NCBI GenBank assembly: GCA_030704615.1
Contig: CM060732.1
Span: 68,200,001 to 68,264,000, forward strand
From: Takakia lepidozioides
Lineage: Eukaryota > Plantae > Bryophyta
Reading direction: 5' to 3'
DNA length: 64,000 nucleotides
Part shown: piece after piece, positions 1 to 12,980 of the stretch
Numbering within the stretch: position 1 is the stretch's first letter
Layout of the letters: each line of letters begins with the position of its first letter
Made by a program: the position numbers and the translations under genes
The notes under the pieces: model-generated
The model's database searches: none
Told to the model about the DNA's origin: nothing
What the model saw: the letters and a program-made list of their open reading frames with translations, nothing else

Positions 1-57
1 ACAAAATATAGTAATGTGAGGAGGGAGGATAGAAAGGTCATTGGAGGGAGCGTTCAC

Positions 58-2914
58 CTGTAAGTATGACGTCGCCCTCATTAAGGGTCATGATGGTGCT
101 AATATGACTGACAAGGAAAGGAATGCTGAAAATCATGTCCTTTGTACTGCCTTTCTGCTTCAGCTGTCCATCCACCTGCCCACCCACCCATTTTAGTTGC
201 AGCTGTTAGATTTGGCATAAAAGAGCATGCCACATAGGGGACCAAAAAGTCATATGTTACCATTGCTAACTGACTGTCCAACCATAGCTTTTTGTATTAT
301 TGCAATCAACTGTCACAGGCAAGTGGTCAGGCTAAATTAGTAGAAATCCTAAGCTTTGTTGTGAACAAGCACATGTTTGTAATCATTATTATCAACTGCA
401 GATGCCTCCTACTAGGAACAACTGGGGATCTGGTACCTCTACATAAAGGGGCTGAGAGGAAGCTCCAGTGACCTTGGTACTGTAAATTGGTTACAAAACT
501 GATTCTGAACAGTGGGCACCAGGTAGATATACCTCAAGCCATAGCTCCAAGTCATCATAGGCAGCCACCTTCTTCTTGGGTATCTGCATACATCAGTGAT
601 ATACAGCCAGTTCACTCCATCAACAATTTCTTGTGTGTATTTGTCACAGAGAGAGAGAGAGAGAGAGAGAGAGACATGTATTTTGATTAAACCATAGCTC
701 AGTTAAACATTATGACATAACCTTGCAGTCAAAGCCCTCTGGAACAACAACCCTGACAGGGCCCATTGTAGAATTTCCACCACAGGTGTGAAACGCAGCC
801 TTGCTTATGCAATACCAATCTGGTTACAGGCGGACTGGGTCAAACAGTCGACTTTCACATTGTAGTGGCAAACATGATGTTGACGTACTACTGAGGTCCT
901 CTCATAACACACGGAAGAACAGAGAAACACACAAACAGCAGGCACCAAAGAGAAGGCTGAATCTAATGCATAAAGGCTTAGAAGAAGGAAAATGGAAGGA
1001 GAAAAGTGGCAAAAGGGCATACATACAAAGTCGCCAATGGGTGTGAAAGTATCATATCCCTTGGCCAGCGTCCATGGTAGGCCTTTTGACTGCAGCAACA
1101 ACAGATAAGAACCATGTCATACGAATGTACAGTAACTACTTATCAAATCTAACCATGCACCCCAATCAAGAAAAACATTGGAATGATGGAAATGCCAGCC
1201 TTTATATCAATCTTCAATTTCCCATGTACAGATGCGAAGGATGGTGTACAAGCACTATGATAAATCAGCCCAGTTTCTATACACTAGTTGAAACCCACTA
1301 GTTGAAACCCCACCTACGGTTCAAGGAGGGTCTCTACACCAGCAACTATCCCCTGTAGGTGTAGCCAACATTCGTCAACGCAACTACATGTTCTCTCAAG
1401 GACATTAGCCCGGATCAACCTTTACCTTGGCAGCAGCTTGAAGCTCCCTTGCGGTCATGTCCAGGGCCAATGCATATCCTGCCAAATCTCACAAACCACA
1501 AGGTCTCAAACCTAAGTTTTCAACTGACCCCTTCTGGAAAGTTCCAATATTTGAGTAATACCCCGGAAAGCAGCAGAGCAATGCTCAAATAGAACTTTCC
1601 CAAACCAAGGGAGAGATCCTGATCAACATTCACCCAACCCCAACCCCTAACCCAATGACAATCCTGATGTTTCATAAAGACAAACTATGTGTTGGAGGTG
1701 TTTCACTTGTATTTCTATTTCTTGTCTTACTCTTGGAAAAAGATGGTGACATGCAACAAAAGCTCACAAGAGAAATCTCAGAGTACTGGCTTCTTCAATC
1801 CCAACCATTCGGGCAAAATGTTTCCACTCCGATTCCATTGGAAGTCTAGCATATTCTGTACCAAAACCATATGCTGAACAATTCTGGGACTGACTATTAT
1901 ACACACAGTGATTCAAATAAATCTAAAAAGCATTGTCAACTACCTCGCTGATCCTGAGTCTGCAAGACTGGTAGTGGCCCTCTACTTCTCTCTTCTCCTG
2001 CTTATCCCTGCCTGGGCCCCCTTTTCTACTGTCCAAGTGACAGTGACGCCTTTAATCACAGGGCGACCATAGCTCTACAGTGGTAGTACTAGAATCAAAG
2101 TGGGTTTTCAATCGTCATGTCTGCTTCATACACTTATAGTCCCCCAGGACTATGCCCTGAAGGCTACATCATACACACCATGAGTAGAGAGCAGTCTCTC
2201 TCTCTCTACCCGTGGGTATTTTGCTAGGGAGTGGAGACCATACCAGAGACATGCTCCATTGCATCATCAGCAGAGATGTCCCGGCCCTTCTTGCCTATCA
2301 CCACACCAAGCTCCACTTCATGGTCCAGGGCTTGCAACGGATGCGGGATCTCTATAGGTAATCCTTCTCGGACATAAGATGACGTCGGCTTCAAGAAAAT
2401 GAGTGGCTCCTACAATGTGCATTTGACAACTATGATCATCGGACATCTGACCAAATTATCGATGCCTATCATTCGTGCTTGTGCCACTCCAGGCTGAGAA
2501 TTGCATATTCTATTGCAATGAAGCTCTTCAGTTGTGGACTTGCTCCCAATTGCCCGTAATGGAGTCCCAGCCCCCATGGTACCAGGGTTAGATCTTACAG
2601 GAGAAATCAACGCCAGATCCGACCACGACAATACAGAAGGTAGATCGTACTCATAATTTCAGAAGACGGATGTCACCGCTTTCCTGGGCAACTTCAATTT
2701 AAGCAAGATGTGGGTCAATGAGAGATGCAGTTCGAAAGAAGAAGACTGGCAGAGATTTTGTGAGAAGGAAAAAGACGAACTGAAAGATGGGGAAATGTAC
2801 CTGGGGAACGGCATTGCCAAGTTCTTTAGCATGGGCTGCATAATTTCGCCCTACTGCTACTATCTTCGTCCCCATGTTCACCAGCTTGTTTCCTATGTAT
2901 GCAGCAGCCGCCAT
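58..2914 (-). CDS. FAHD1: Fumarylacetoacetate hydrolase domain protein 1 (acylpyruvase/oxaloacetate tautomerase family); 3' end lies outside the window
   Basis: GT-AG exons 2914-2801, 2409-2244, 1478-1426, 1089-1027, 583-533 and 175-58 join in frame. They give KIVAVGRNYAAHAKEL, EPLIFLKPTSSY, LDHEVELGVVIGK, GYALALDMTARELQ, GLPWTLAKGYDTFTP and MTLNEGDVILTG, the conserved FAH-superfamily motifs. Confidence 0.96.
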
Positions 2915-3437
2915 CCCGGTTTCTCCTTAAGCTTCTCCTAAGAATTCCAGTCTCGACATTTGTGGATCTCTCTGCCGCTCTCTCTCCCGGATTCAGTCAA
3001 CATCATGTCATCCCGGAACCCAACTCATATCTAGCTGGGACTGGTTCGAGCCCACGAAGGAGAATTGACCTCTCTGCAAGATCCAAGGCCCGCTTGAGAA
3101 TTTGAACCCGGGCGGTTAATCTCTTGCACGCTTGCAACACGCTTGATCGAATGTTCCCTCTCACACGCGACAACAGCACGTTTCTGTAACTCTATTCATG
3201 TACTTCCGTCTGACGAAGGATTACGTCAACACCTACTCCATGCTTCTACCGCCCAAAATGAACGAACAACATCCTCTTAGACATGACGATCGATGTTATC
3301 GTCGATCTTTTCCCCTGTGAGCATTTTTGAGAGCTGTGAATTTCAGGCTGTGCTGTTTGGAAGAACTGCGGAATTTACTGTTCCGCCCTTTGCATCCCAG
3401 CACCTTTCTTGCGGTAGGCTTGATTCTAAGCTTGGGT

Positions 3438-3812
3438 ATGGGTAGTAAGGGCAAGGCAAGGAGAAGGAGGGAGGCAAACTTCAAAGCAGCACATGGGGGA
3501 ACGGGAGAGCTAGCACCCCCTCCTTCTTCTAAGGATTTGGGCGCGGTTCCTTCCAAGCTGCGGCGCATCATGAAATTTAAATCTTCTGATACTCCTGGTG
3601 GGTTTGTCTTTCCTATAACCGAAAACACTTGTATTGGAGTAGAAGATAGAAAGAGAGAGAGGTAGCTGAAAGTGCTGATAACTGATGCAACATTTTCTGT
3701 GCATATGTGAATGCTCGCATTAGTGACTGGTACTGTCTGAAGGGAGATTGTAGCTTTTAAGGTATATTATTTAGAGGACATGTATCCCCATCAGTTTGTG
3801 CTCACCGAATCA

Positions 3813-3853
<41 letters not shown>

Positions 3854-6605
3854 AAGTAGGATTCCTATGAGTAGGATTTATGAGTAGGGATTTATGAGTA
3901 GGATTATGAGTAAGGAGAAACGTAGAATATCTAGGGTTTTTATTCAAGGGATGTTTTTCCAGTGATGCTTGTCACGTGTATACTAGCATGAAAAATTGAG
4001 TGAAACATCAAAGACGCTATTGCTTTGCATGTTTTTCCAGCGAAACTCACCGCTTTGGTTGTTTTAGGGGGTCAATTCGATGGTGATATCAAGGCAGCGA
4101 GTGTTAAAAGCCGGAACAAGCATCAAGCAAAGGTCTGGTTGGTATTCCGTCATTCGTCCTTCAAATGTGCTGATGACCTACATTTCAAACGGTGTCTCAA
4201 TTCTAACGCTCCTACAAAACCATCAACCCCAGTTCCTCCTCTTTTCAAATGAAGCTGAAGTCCACCCCCTTTGTAATGGTTCGTGCAGTACAGTGCGACT
4301 TTAGACAGACAGATCACAAAATCCCAATCTGACATCAGAATTGCTTATAGCACCACAGCCTCAGGCTTGGCTGTACCAAAGTGGTTATGTCTTTAGTAGC
4401 TCTATTCTTAGTCAATTGGTGATGCTTGATGCTATAAAGAGACAGGGTTGGATATTAGATTAGCTACAGCAGTTATGTGTGATTGCCACTAAGGAAGGGT
4501 ATCCAACAGGGTCGATGCACACAAGGCTATCGTATAGATATGCCATAACATGACACTGTTGGATCCATTCATTTACCATGTGATATTTCATTGACACTGG
4601 TGAATTAGTGCAGGAATTGTCAAGGAAAAAGTGCGGGCTTGAAGTATCACCGGCCGCAAGACCAGATGGTAAAAGTGCAGATGAACTGCCAATTGACAAA
4701 GAAGCGACTGTCACTGGAGAACCCTTAGAGGGAAAGACTATCCCTGCAACCAGCAAGAGAAAACGAGGTGAGGGGGAGCTCATGGAGCTGATGGAAAGAT
4801 TCAAAGCAACTCCAATTCGCAAAGGCATCCGTGAACAGAGAAAAAAGTAAGCACAAGGAACATACATTCAGTCTCTGTGTATTCTCTTTGCGTTATCAAA
4901 AGTTATGACTTGTTAGGGGTCACATTGCCCTTAATTGGCACATAGCCAGTGATATATGGGGGTCACTCTTGAGTGTGTCCTACTTAGCACCCATGTTGTT
5001 TTGGATGTGCAATGTTGTCAGATTTTTAGAAGAAAAGAAGAACAAGAAACGACTGAAAGGGATGAAATATGAGAGCATATTGGCAGCTGAGCATGAGACT
5101 ATTGCATTTGGGGACGTTGTTCAGGCTCCCCCCAAGCTCTCATTTCCTGCCAAAGCTAAGGTTTGTTTCTCTCTCTCTCTCTCGTTCTCTGCACAAAGCT
5201 ACAAGGCCACAGGGCTACGGCAAACAATGTCTTATGAGTACATTCTCTGCACAAAGCCCATAGTGATGGGCGGAAATCTCCTATGTCTTGCACATCCCCA
5301 AGCATGTCATTTCTGTAGTAAACGAAGGGTTTCAAAACTAAAATCAACAACTCTGCAACTGGGCTGTCTAGTTTGTATGTGGACAAGTGCCTCTGTGAGC
5401 GCCTTCCCTGAACTTGTTTCCAGTCTGTGACATAGGACCTTAAGGATGACCTGAAGGGCTTAATGATCCTCGGCGCTGGAAATTTAAACTTGGGGCGGGG
5501 AGCCTACCTTTGAACAATAAACAGATGTATAGAGGAAAAGGAGGTTTTAATTGTGGATGTGCGGGCAACCTGAAGTCGATCCATTTTCTCATACATTGTC
5601 CGGGGTATTCTCACCAGAGAGTGACCCACTTCAGGAACATCAAGAACATGGTCTCTGCACCTCTGTTCACCCTTTCAAAATTTTGAGGCTGAGCCTAAGG
5701 CCCTGCCCTGTTGGGGTGTAACATTTGGGCTGCTCACACACAACAGATTGATGCTTGTGTGAAGGGCTTTCTAAAGGATATCTGGAAGGCCCCGAACTAA
5801 TTGTTTATATCAAGGTAAGTCAGACTACTGGAGGGAGCCCCTCACAAAGGTAGTGTCTATTCCCTATGTTTCCGTCCAAACTGGGCGTGGGGTCTATGAC
5901 CCCAGGCTATGGCAAAGCAAGGTGTATGAGTACATTCTCTGTGTCCCTCTCTCTCAGCCAAGGTAAGTCTTACTACCAACGTCAGCCCCTGACAGAGGTA
6001 GGTTCTGTCCCTTTGTGTTCCACTCAAACTGGGCGCGGGGTCAATGGCCACAAGGCTACGGCAAACAACGTCTTATGAGTACATTCTCTCTCTCAGCCTA
6101 GTAGGCTTAAAGTTGTGTTTGTCTGAATTTTCATCCTCCTTCATTCAATTCTCAGGTTGGCCAACTCTCGTTGAATCCCGGGATTTTTGCCTTGCGTGCA
6201 GAGCGGTAAAACCAGATATACAGATTGTTGCATAATGCTGAAAAAGCCTCTATTTCTTAGTAGGCTGACGTATGGCTAGGGTCTGTCTCCTCATGGAGAT
6301 GGCTTGACCTACCTGTAAAGCAATGAATTGGGTAAGTTACTTTTTGGCAAAGCAACAAACTAGGGGATGTATTGTCTTTTCTGGGCCTCACCTGTTCCTT
6401 TTTGTTGTTCATCAATTTTGTGCAGCTCAAGTCAAAAGAAGAGAGGGAAGCGGAAAAGCCAGTGTCACATGAGAGGGTGAGGTTAAAAGCCATAGAAGCT
6501 TACAGACAAAGGAAAGCATGGGCTGCCAGGCCAGGGACAGGGCCCCCACCTTTGCAGGAAGGTGCTGGATCTCTGCATTCTGAGAGATCTGCTATTCAAA
6601 TCTAA
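3438..6605 (+). CDS. CCDC137-like basic coiled-coil protein (plant family)
   Basis: Exons 3438-3597, 4609-4846, 5022-5160 and 6426-6605 splice in frame. Motifs MGSKGKARRRREANFKAAHGG, PSKLRRIM, FGDVVQAPPKL and ERVRLKAIEAYR match my recollection of the plant CCDC137-type family. Confidence 0.82.
3813..3915. repeat. (TG)n(AG)n compound microsatellite followed by a ~13-bp TATGAGTAGG(G)AT minisatellite
   Basis: Directly visible in intron 1 of the CCDC137-like gene; about 4 imperfect copies of the minisatellite unit. Confidence 0.9.
5200..5242 (+). mobile_element. Ultra-short 5'-truncated LINE 3' end with 15-bp TSD
   Basis: TTCTCTGCACAAAGC at 5185-5199 and 5243-5257 flanks GGCCACAGGGCTACGGCAAACAATGTCTTATGAGTACA, the terminus shared with the copies ending at ~5955, ~6085 and ~30347. 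Confidence 0.85.
5398..5955 (+). mobile_element. 5'-truncated LINE (RTE/RTEX-like) remnant with (TC)n tail
   Basis: Aligns by eye with 29948-30345, including the zinc-knuckle region (CGQPE..HFLIHCPG). Ends in ATGAGTACATTCTCT...CTCTCTC. Confidence 0.8.
5960..6085 (+). mobile_element. Second short copy of the same LINE, inserted into the TC tail of the previous copy
   Basis: Repeats the sequence of 5812-5935. Flanked by CTCTCTCTCAGCC at 5947-5959 and 6086-6098 (13-bp TSD). Confidence 0.8.
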
Positions 6606-7172
6606 GACAGTGAAAAATTGTATATTCACCCAGAAAATGGAGAGGTGCTATCCAGTCTCATACTTGTCAACACTGAATCTTTGCGCACCTGAAAGAGCTC
6701 GAGTATGTGGGAGTGTGATGACGTCGCAAAGATCCCTTTCAACAATGGAAACTGTGTAATTACTAGGAAAAGTCGTGTACCGAAGTCATGGTGCACCATC
6801 TCTTGGACATCTAGGGGACTTCCCTGTATGCAATTATGTGGGTGCACCAGATGGTAAAGATGAGTGCAGCCATCATGCTCGCAGCAAAGCGAGGAGTGCC
6901 AACAGACAAAATCTGCTTACTGCAGCTGCTCCATTCGATCTCTTGCGAGGCGTCCCGTAAACAGAAAAATAGACAACTACTAAAAGTACCTGCAGGGAGG
7001 TAAAAGTACGCTTAAAATAGGAATGTCTTAAAATAACCTCAAATCATGCAGACACAGCATGCACTGGATATACGTATAGAAAGTGGCTCAGAAGCGAGCA
7101 GTCTTCTTCAATTGCTGCTAAGCTTTGCTGTTTTACGTCTTGCTCTTCACGTTGGAGTGGAAAGGAGCGGCC

Positions 7173-7270
7173 ATGGACGCTTGTGTGTGGGGAAGATTGT
7201 CGGGAGACCTGGTGGATTCTGTTATTTCTTTCTTGCCAGTTTTCAGTTTACTTCGATTTCGCATTGTTTC
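7173..7270 (+). pseudogene. F-box gene 5' end, disrupted by a SINE and a MULE; remnants continue at 7515-7591 and ~22086-22260
   Basis: ATG at 7173 gives MDACVWGRLSGDLVDSVISFLPVFSLLRFRIVS, an F-box motif like MEEEIWSRLPFELVMVVLACLPYPSLARFKSVC at 41843. A GAGGLIFV segment beyond the MULE (~22215-22240) resembles the AANGGLFCV of that F-box protein. Confidence 0.75.
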
Positions 7271-7506
7271 GCACATCGGCTGGTAGCTCAGCTGGTAAGT
7301 GCACAGTGTGCCGCCCTGGTGGTTCAGGGTTCAAATCCGCCCCCGTGTGTGGGATTGTTCGTGACAGTATGTATGGGCGATGATCGTCCCGTAGGTCTCA
7401 TGGCCCATAAATGAAAGGGGGTTAATTTTTCCCCCTCCTCAAGGGCCTGAATTTGTGGGCTGTCGCTCCCAGGTTTCCTTTTAAAATTTTAAAAAAAAAG
7501 AAACAA
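7271..7506 (+). mobile_element. tRNA-derived SINE
   Basis: Pol III box A TAGCTCAGCTGG (7284-7295) and box B GGTTCAAATCC (7328-7338), ~150 bp of non-tRNA body, A-rich tail (~7483-7506), and 8-bp TSD ATTGTTTC at 7263-7270 and 7507-7514. Confidence 0.85.
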
Positions 7507-7600
7507 ATTGTTTCCTTATTCCGCAAGACCTCTGCAGATATCGAAGAAGCATCTCCTCTTATGCGATCACATGTAGATTTTGTTTAGTGTAGTGAAAGAG

Positions 7601-9305
7601 GGTTTACACTAGAGATAGGATGGGAGTTGAATGTGCGCGTGCGAGACCGTGGGCCCCCCTCGCCGGAGTCGAGGGCCCTCCGGCGCTCTGCCGGAGCCTG
7701 CCTGTCAAATCCCCCCCCCCCGGCCCCGGGCTCTCCGCTCCCATGTATGTCTGCTCCCATGTTGCGGTCCCCCGCGACGCTCCCCGCTCCCCTGTTTCTC
7801 CACTCCCCTGTTATTCTGCTCCCCTGTTTCGCCCCCCTGCGGCGCTCTCCGCTCCCCTCTGCCTCCACTCCCATGTGTCTCTGCTCCCCTGTTTGGCTCC
7901 CCCCCGCGCGCTCCGCTCCCCTCTTTTGCCCCCCCTCCCGCGAGCTCCCCGCTCCCCACCTTCAGTCCCCTGTATCTCCGCTCCCATCTGCCTCCGCTCC
8001 CCTGTATATCTGCTCCTTTGTTTCGCTCCACCCCTCCTCCGCCCCCCTGTGCCTCCGCTCCCATGTCTCGCTGCTCCCCTGTTTGGCCCCCCTCCCGCGG
8101 TGCTCCCCGCTCCCTTGTATATCTGCTCCCTTGTTTTGCTGCCCCACGGCACTCCCCAATCCTTGGAGCTTCCGCGGAGCTTTCCGCTCCTCTGCATGTC
8201 TGCTCCCTTGTTTCCTTCCTTTGCAGCGCTCTCCGCTCCCATGTGCCTGCGCTCCCCTGTTTCGCTCCCCGCTCACCTCCTCCGCTCCCCTATGCCTCCG
8301 CTCCCCTTGTGTCTCTGCTCCCCTGTTTGGCTCCCCTTGCGCGCTCCGCTCCCCAATGCCTGCGCTCCCCTATTTCGCTCCCCGCTCACCTCCTCCACTC
8401 CCATGTATCTCTGCTCCCCTGTTCCGCTCCCCAGTGCCTGCACTCCCTGTTTCGCTCCCCTGCGCCTCCGCTCCCCTTGTGTCTCTGCTCCCCTGTTTGG
8501 CTCCCCTTGCGCGCTCCGCTCCCCAATGCCTGCGCTCCCCTATTTCGCTCCCCGCTCACCTCCTCCACTCCCATGTATCTCTGCTCCCCTGTTTCGCTCC
8601 CCGCTCACCTCCTCCACTCCCATGTATCTCTGCTCCCCTGTTTCGCTCCCCGCTCACCTCCTCCACTCACATGTATCTCTGCTCCCCTATTCCGCTCCTC
8701 CGCGGCTTCCTCCGCTCCCTGTTCCGCTGCTCCCCTGTCCCCCCCCCCCCTGCCGCGGCCCTCCTCCACTCCCCTGTCCCCTCTTTCGCTCCCCGCTCCC
8801 CGGTGCCTCTGCGACCCTGCTTTGCTCCCCCCCCCCCCCCCCCCCCCGCGTCACTCTCCGCTCCCCTGTATCTCTGCTCCCCGTTGCCTCCGCTCCCCTG
8901 TTTCGCTGCTCCCGTGTTTCGGCCCCCCCCTCCTACGGAGCTCCCCGCACCCCTCCTTCGGTCCTCTGTATCTCTGCTCCCCTGTTTCGTGCGCTCTTCG
9001 TTCTCCTCCTTCGCTCACCTCTATATCTGCTCCCCTGTTTGCCCCCCCCCCCCCCCCCGCGGCGCACTCCACTCCCCTCTACCTCCGCTCCCCTGTATCT
9101 CTGCTCCCCTATTTTGTCCCCCCGCGGCGTGCTCCGCTCCCCTGTTTTGTTGCTCCCTTGTGTCGCCCCCCTCTCGCGGCGCTCCCCGCTCCCCTCCTTC
9201 GATCCCCTGTTCCGCTCCCCCGCGGCGCTCTTCGCTCCCCTCTATTTCTGCTCCCCTGTTTTTCTCCCCTCTATCCATGCGCCCCTGTTTGTCTGCGCTC
9301 CCCTG
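7601..9305 (+). repeat. Left TIR with a subterminal array of CTGCTCCCC(TG)/CCGCTCCCC motifs
   Basis: Very many copies of a ~9-11-bp C-rich motif plus larger internal duplications (e.g. 8293-8420 vs 8463-8590). Inverted counterpart at 20890-22076. Confidence 0.92.
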
Positions 9306-9487
9306 CCATAAAAGTAGATCGACGGTGGATAAGCTGTCCCGCAAATATGCGCCGTCTTTCACCAAAATGGACGGCCGTGATGCCCTGCAAGGTGACATGT
9401 GGACGTCCAAGAAGGGATGTAGCATTGCAGGCTTGCCAATGGATTTGAATCGTCACTCTCGGTGTTCATTCGCAGGTCCCTCGTACG

Positions 9488-12449
9488 ATGTCGGAGCTGC
9501 ACACGGCCCATCTGTTGTCTGACCTGCTTGCAAGAGTGCAACGGCTGCTCGGAGGTCCTTTCAACCACATGCAGTTGGGCTGGACTACAACGATAGTCAG
9601 CGGCCGACATGGATACAAAAGAACTGTGGAACCCGCAGTCATTCCTTGGGATAGAGCTGAAGATTTTGTTTGTGGAGAGCAGTCAATGCCTGGTGTGCCA
9701 ACAACATTCTCAGTCATTCATACCCGCAAGGCTGCTAAGAGTGGTTTGATAGCGCCACGAGCAAACAGTTATCAAGCGGTTCACTTGTGCGTTCCTTTCC
9801 CGGCTTTCTTTCATTTTGTGGTCATTGCATCTATTTCATGCCAGCTTCTTAATCCACGACATGTGCAGGTACCATTGTGCATATGGCCCGGAGGACAATT
9901 GCAATTCATAAATTCGTGTTTGCAGACCTCCGCCAAGACCGCTACGAGGTCACGAGAAAACCAACCATGGAACAACCCGATTGCCCCGCATGCCCAAGGA
10001 CCACAAAGGTCCCCGCCGATCGAGCAAAGACCATGCGGAATCGCTCAAGAGGGGTTGTTGTTGTAGTTTCAAGATTGGGCAGTGTTTTTTGGATCCCGCC
10101 ATAGCGGTCATTATGTTCTACAATAAAAACCATGTAGACACAGGTGGTTTGCCTTGTCACGGCGCTCTGGATCCAACATGTTCCCATACTCGCTTTGCAC
10201 TTGCGCCCCGCATAAGTGAAGCGATGAAGGAGTGGGTGATGGAGAATTTGCGGGCTGGTCTTTCGGCGGCGAAAATTATGGCTTTACACAGATAGCATTT
10301 ACATGAGAATTTGGCAGATGGTGGCAAGTGGAGTCGAGATGATTTCCTGTTAGACCACGACGTGCGAAATTTGGCAGAAAAACTAGCTTGGGAGACATAC
10401 AAGTGACACGAGAGCGATCCTCTCAGCACAAAAATGTGGATGGATGCCAACCCATCATGTGTCTTCTTCTACCAAGAAGAAGATACTGCGGGTGATTCCG
10501 GCGGTGGCAAGTTTACTATTGGTATCCAGACTCCATGGCAGAGGCGCCAAATGCTGGAACTAGGACACAATTGCATTGTCGCATGTGATGCTACATTCGG
10601 AACAAATGAAAGCAAGGTTAGTGGTCCCTTCTCTACTCCCCTGACTACTTTCATGTCTGCTCCCTGGCTCTGTGCTCCCCTCTGTGTTCCCCTGTCTGCG
10701 CCAACCCATGTGCCCGTGTAATCCCCTGTTTGCTCCCTTGTGTGCTCCCCTGTCCGCGCCCACTGTCTGTGCAGCCTTTGGCTCCCCCGTGTGCTCCCCT
10801 ACTGGGCTGGGTGCTCCCACGCGCAACCTCATAGCCCTGTATTTCCGACCCCATGCGCTCCCTTGTTGTGCTGCCTGCTCCCTTGTGTCTTCCCCCGTTC
10901 GCGCCTAGCCTCTGTGCCCCGTCTCTGCTGGTCTTCGATACATGGCTGAACGGCATACCCGTAGCCTATGTCATATCAGCCAGGAACAAAACAGCCGATA
11001 TTGTTCCATGGCTTCGCTCCTTGCTATCAGTACTCAGGGAAGATGAACCCGCTTGGCGACCCAATGCCTTCATTGTTGATGACACCGATGCGGAAATCAA
11101 TGCGATTCGGTGAGTTCACTTTCATTGCGTTTTATTTCAGGAGTTTTCAGATCATTGCTGTACTCCCAAGGCTTACCAAACCCATTCCTCTATTGCAGGG
11201 AGGTGTTTCCAGATGTTACGATTTACCTTTGCGTGTGGCATGTTCGCCGTGCTTGGTTGAAAAATGCTATAAGGAAGATCAAGGATGGACAACTTGCAAG
11301 TCTTGTGCTGAAGGGTATGGGTCAGATGATGTACAGCAAGGAGGCTCCGGGGGGTGATGCGGCAGAGGAATGGGCTGAATTGCAACTGTGGATGTTGGAG
11401 TGCACATATCCAGATGCAGGGGATTTCTGGGATTACATCCACAAGGAGTGGGTTCCAAAATTTAAAATGTGGGTCACGGGAGCGCGCAATGTCCCGCATG
11501 CCAGTCAAGACACAAATGCAGGCATTGAAGCGTACCATGGCAACCTCAAAGCAAGGTTGCGTAGTGAAAAAAGAAAATGGACGGGCGTAGAATGGATTGG
11601 TTAATATACGAGCTAGTTGAAGGTTTACTTACCCAATACTGGTACATGGGAAACTTGAAGGTGCATGGGTTCATTCGCAACAAAAGACAGGAGAACTTCA
11701 TGTCTAATGCAGTCTTCCTAGCACAGGAGATACTGGAGTCAGATGTAGAATTGCCCGTTGGAGACGACTTGCCCGCATATGTCAAAAGTCAATCAAAGCC
11801 TGGAGTTGTCTACACGATCCACAGTCCTGCATCAGAATGGGCATGTTGCGATTGCCCATGGGCTGAGAAGGGCAACTTGTGCAAGCATCAAGTCAAGGTG
11901 TTGCAGTTGCTGAAACCAGATTTGCAAGATGGTATCATTATGCGAACATGTGGCACGTTGCTTGGCACTGTCAACGGGGGTCTCGACAAACTCGTGGAGA
12001 GTGCAACAGGGGAGCAGACAATGTCACCACCCACTCCACCAGAGCAGGAGACTCCACCTTCCAGTCAGGAGCCTCATACCCAAAGACAAGGGTCTGTTCT
12101 GGATGCCATTGCCACTGAAAACAAGATGCTCACTAACATTGTTGGCAACGACATCGTTCTGCAGGAACATTTGCTCTCTCAACTTAGGGTCAGTAAAGGA
12201 TGCCTCCTCACTCTGATTGCGCACGGAAAGGCGGGGCTGTCCCACCCTATAGCGAAAAGGTTTAATCCCGTTGAAGACGATTCAGGAAGGAGCTTGAAAT
12301 GGCGCAAGGATTTTATTGAGGCCAACAGCTTTGGGAGACGGCCTCATCCTCGGGGAGCGGCTGCCAATCGAATGAAGTCCAATCCAGGTTCTGCAAATAT
12401 ATTGTGTGCCATGCACACTGTTGCATGCAATAGACGACCCGCATTCTAG
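9488..12449 (+). pseudogene. MULE DDE transposase with SWIM zinc finger (At4g13970/At1g60560-like family), inactivated
   Basis: Exons ~9488-9786, 9869-10616, ~10909-11109 and 11199-~12449. Motifs AVIPWDRAEDFV, YHCAYGPED, KRGCCCSF, HVDTGGLPCHG, GIQTPWQ, VACDATFGTN (D), FIVDD (D), LCVWH (CxxH), TNAGIEAYH (E) and CDCPWAEKGNLCKH (SWIM). Stops at 10293 and 10404; frameshifts near 9910 and 11580. Confidence 0.9.
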
Positions 12450-12980
12450 AACTTAGCATGTGCCATTGTCTTGTAGTGCTCTCCTACTCCCCTGCACATT
12501 CCAATACTGAGGCTTGTCTGCTCCCCTCTCATCTGCCCCCCTGCTACCGCTCCTCCCCTACTCCCCTCTGCAGTCCCAGTTCCTCGAAATCGTCCTGTCT
12601 CCTATCCCCCCCTTAACTATGCCCCCCTGCCATGTGCTCCCCTGTCCTCTGCCCCCCTGCTACCGGTCCTCCACTACTCCCAATGCAGGCATTTTCCTCC
12701 AAACTGTCGTGTCTGCTCTGCTCCTCTGTCATGTGGCCCCTTGCTCCTATGCCCCCCCTGGCTCTGTGCCCCCTTTATCTGTGCCCCCTGCCCTATGCTC
12801 CCCTGTCCTCTGCCCCCCTGGTAAGTGTAGCCACGTTAAAGACAAAAGACCCAGGCATGGCCTACAATCTATGAGGAAGTGACATTTGTGATTTCAAACC
12901 CGCCAATTTTATTATGTGAGTCATTCATGCTTCATGTCTAATCGCACCACTACTCTCACAATGATTATTCTACTTCTAAG

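Noticed and set aside
7281-7345. tRNA gene
   Set aside because: A and B boxes are present, but there is no convincing acceptor or anticodon stem; the body, A-tail and TSD indicate a SINE.
7720-9305. CRISPR-like array
   Set aside because: Units are short, degenerate and irregularly spaced with no unique spacers; eukaryotic context and no cas genes.
7620-9522. Three overlapping 560-630-aa ORFs rich in Pro/Leu/Ser/Cys
   Set aside because: All three + frames are open because the C-rich TIR array lacks stop codons; this is repeat DNA, not protein. The same applies to the ORFs over 13500-14400, 15500-16000 and 20800-22070.
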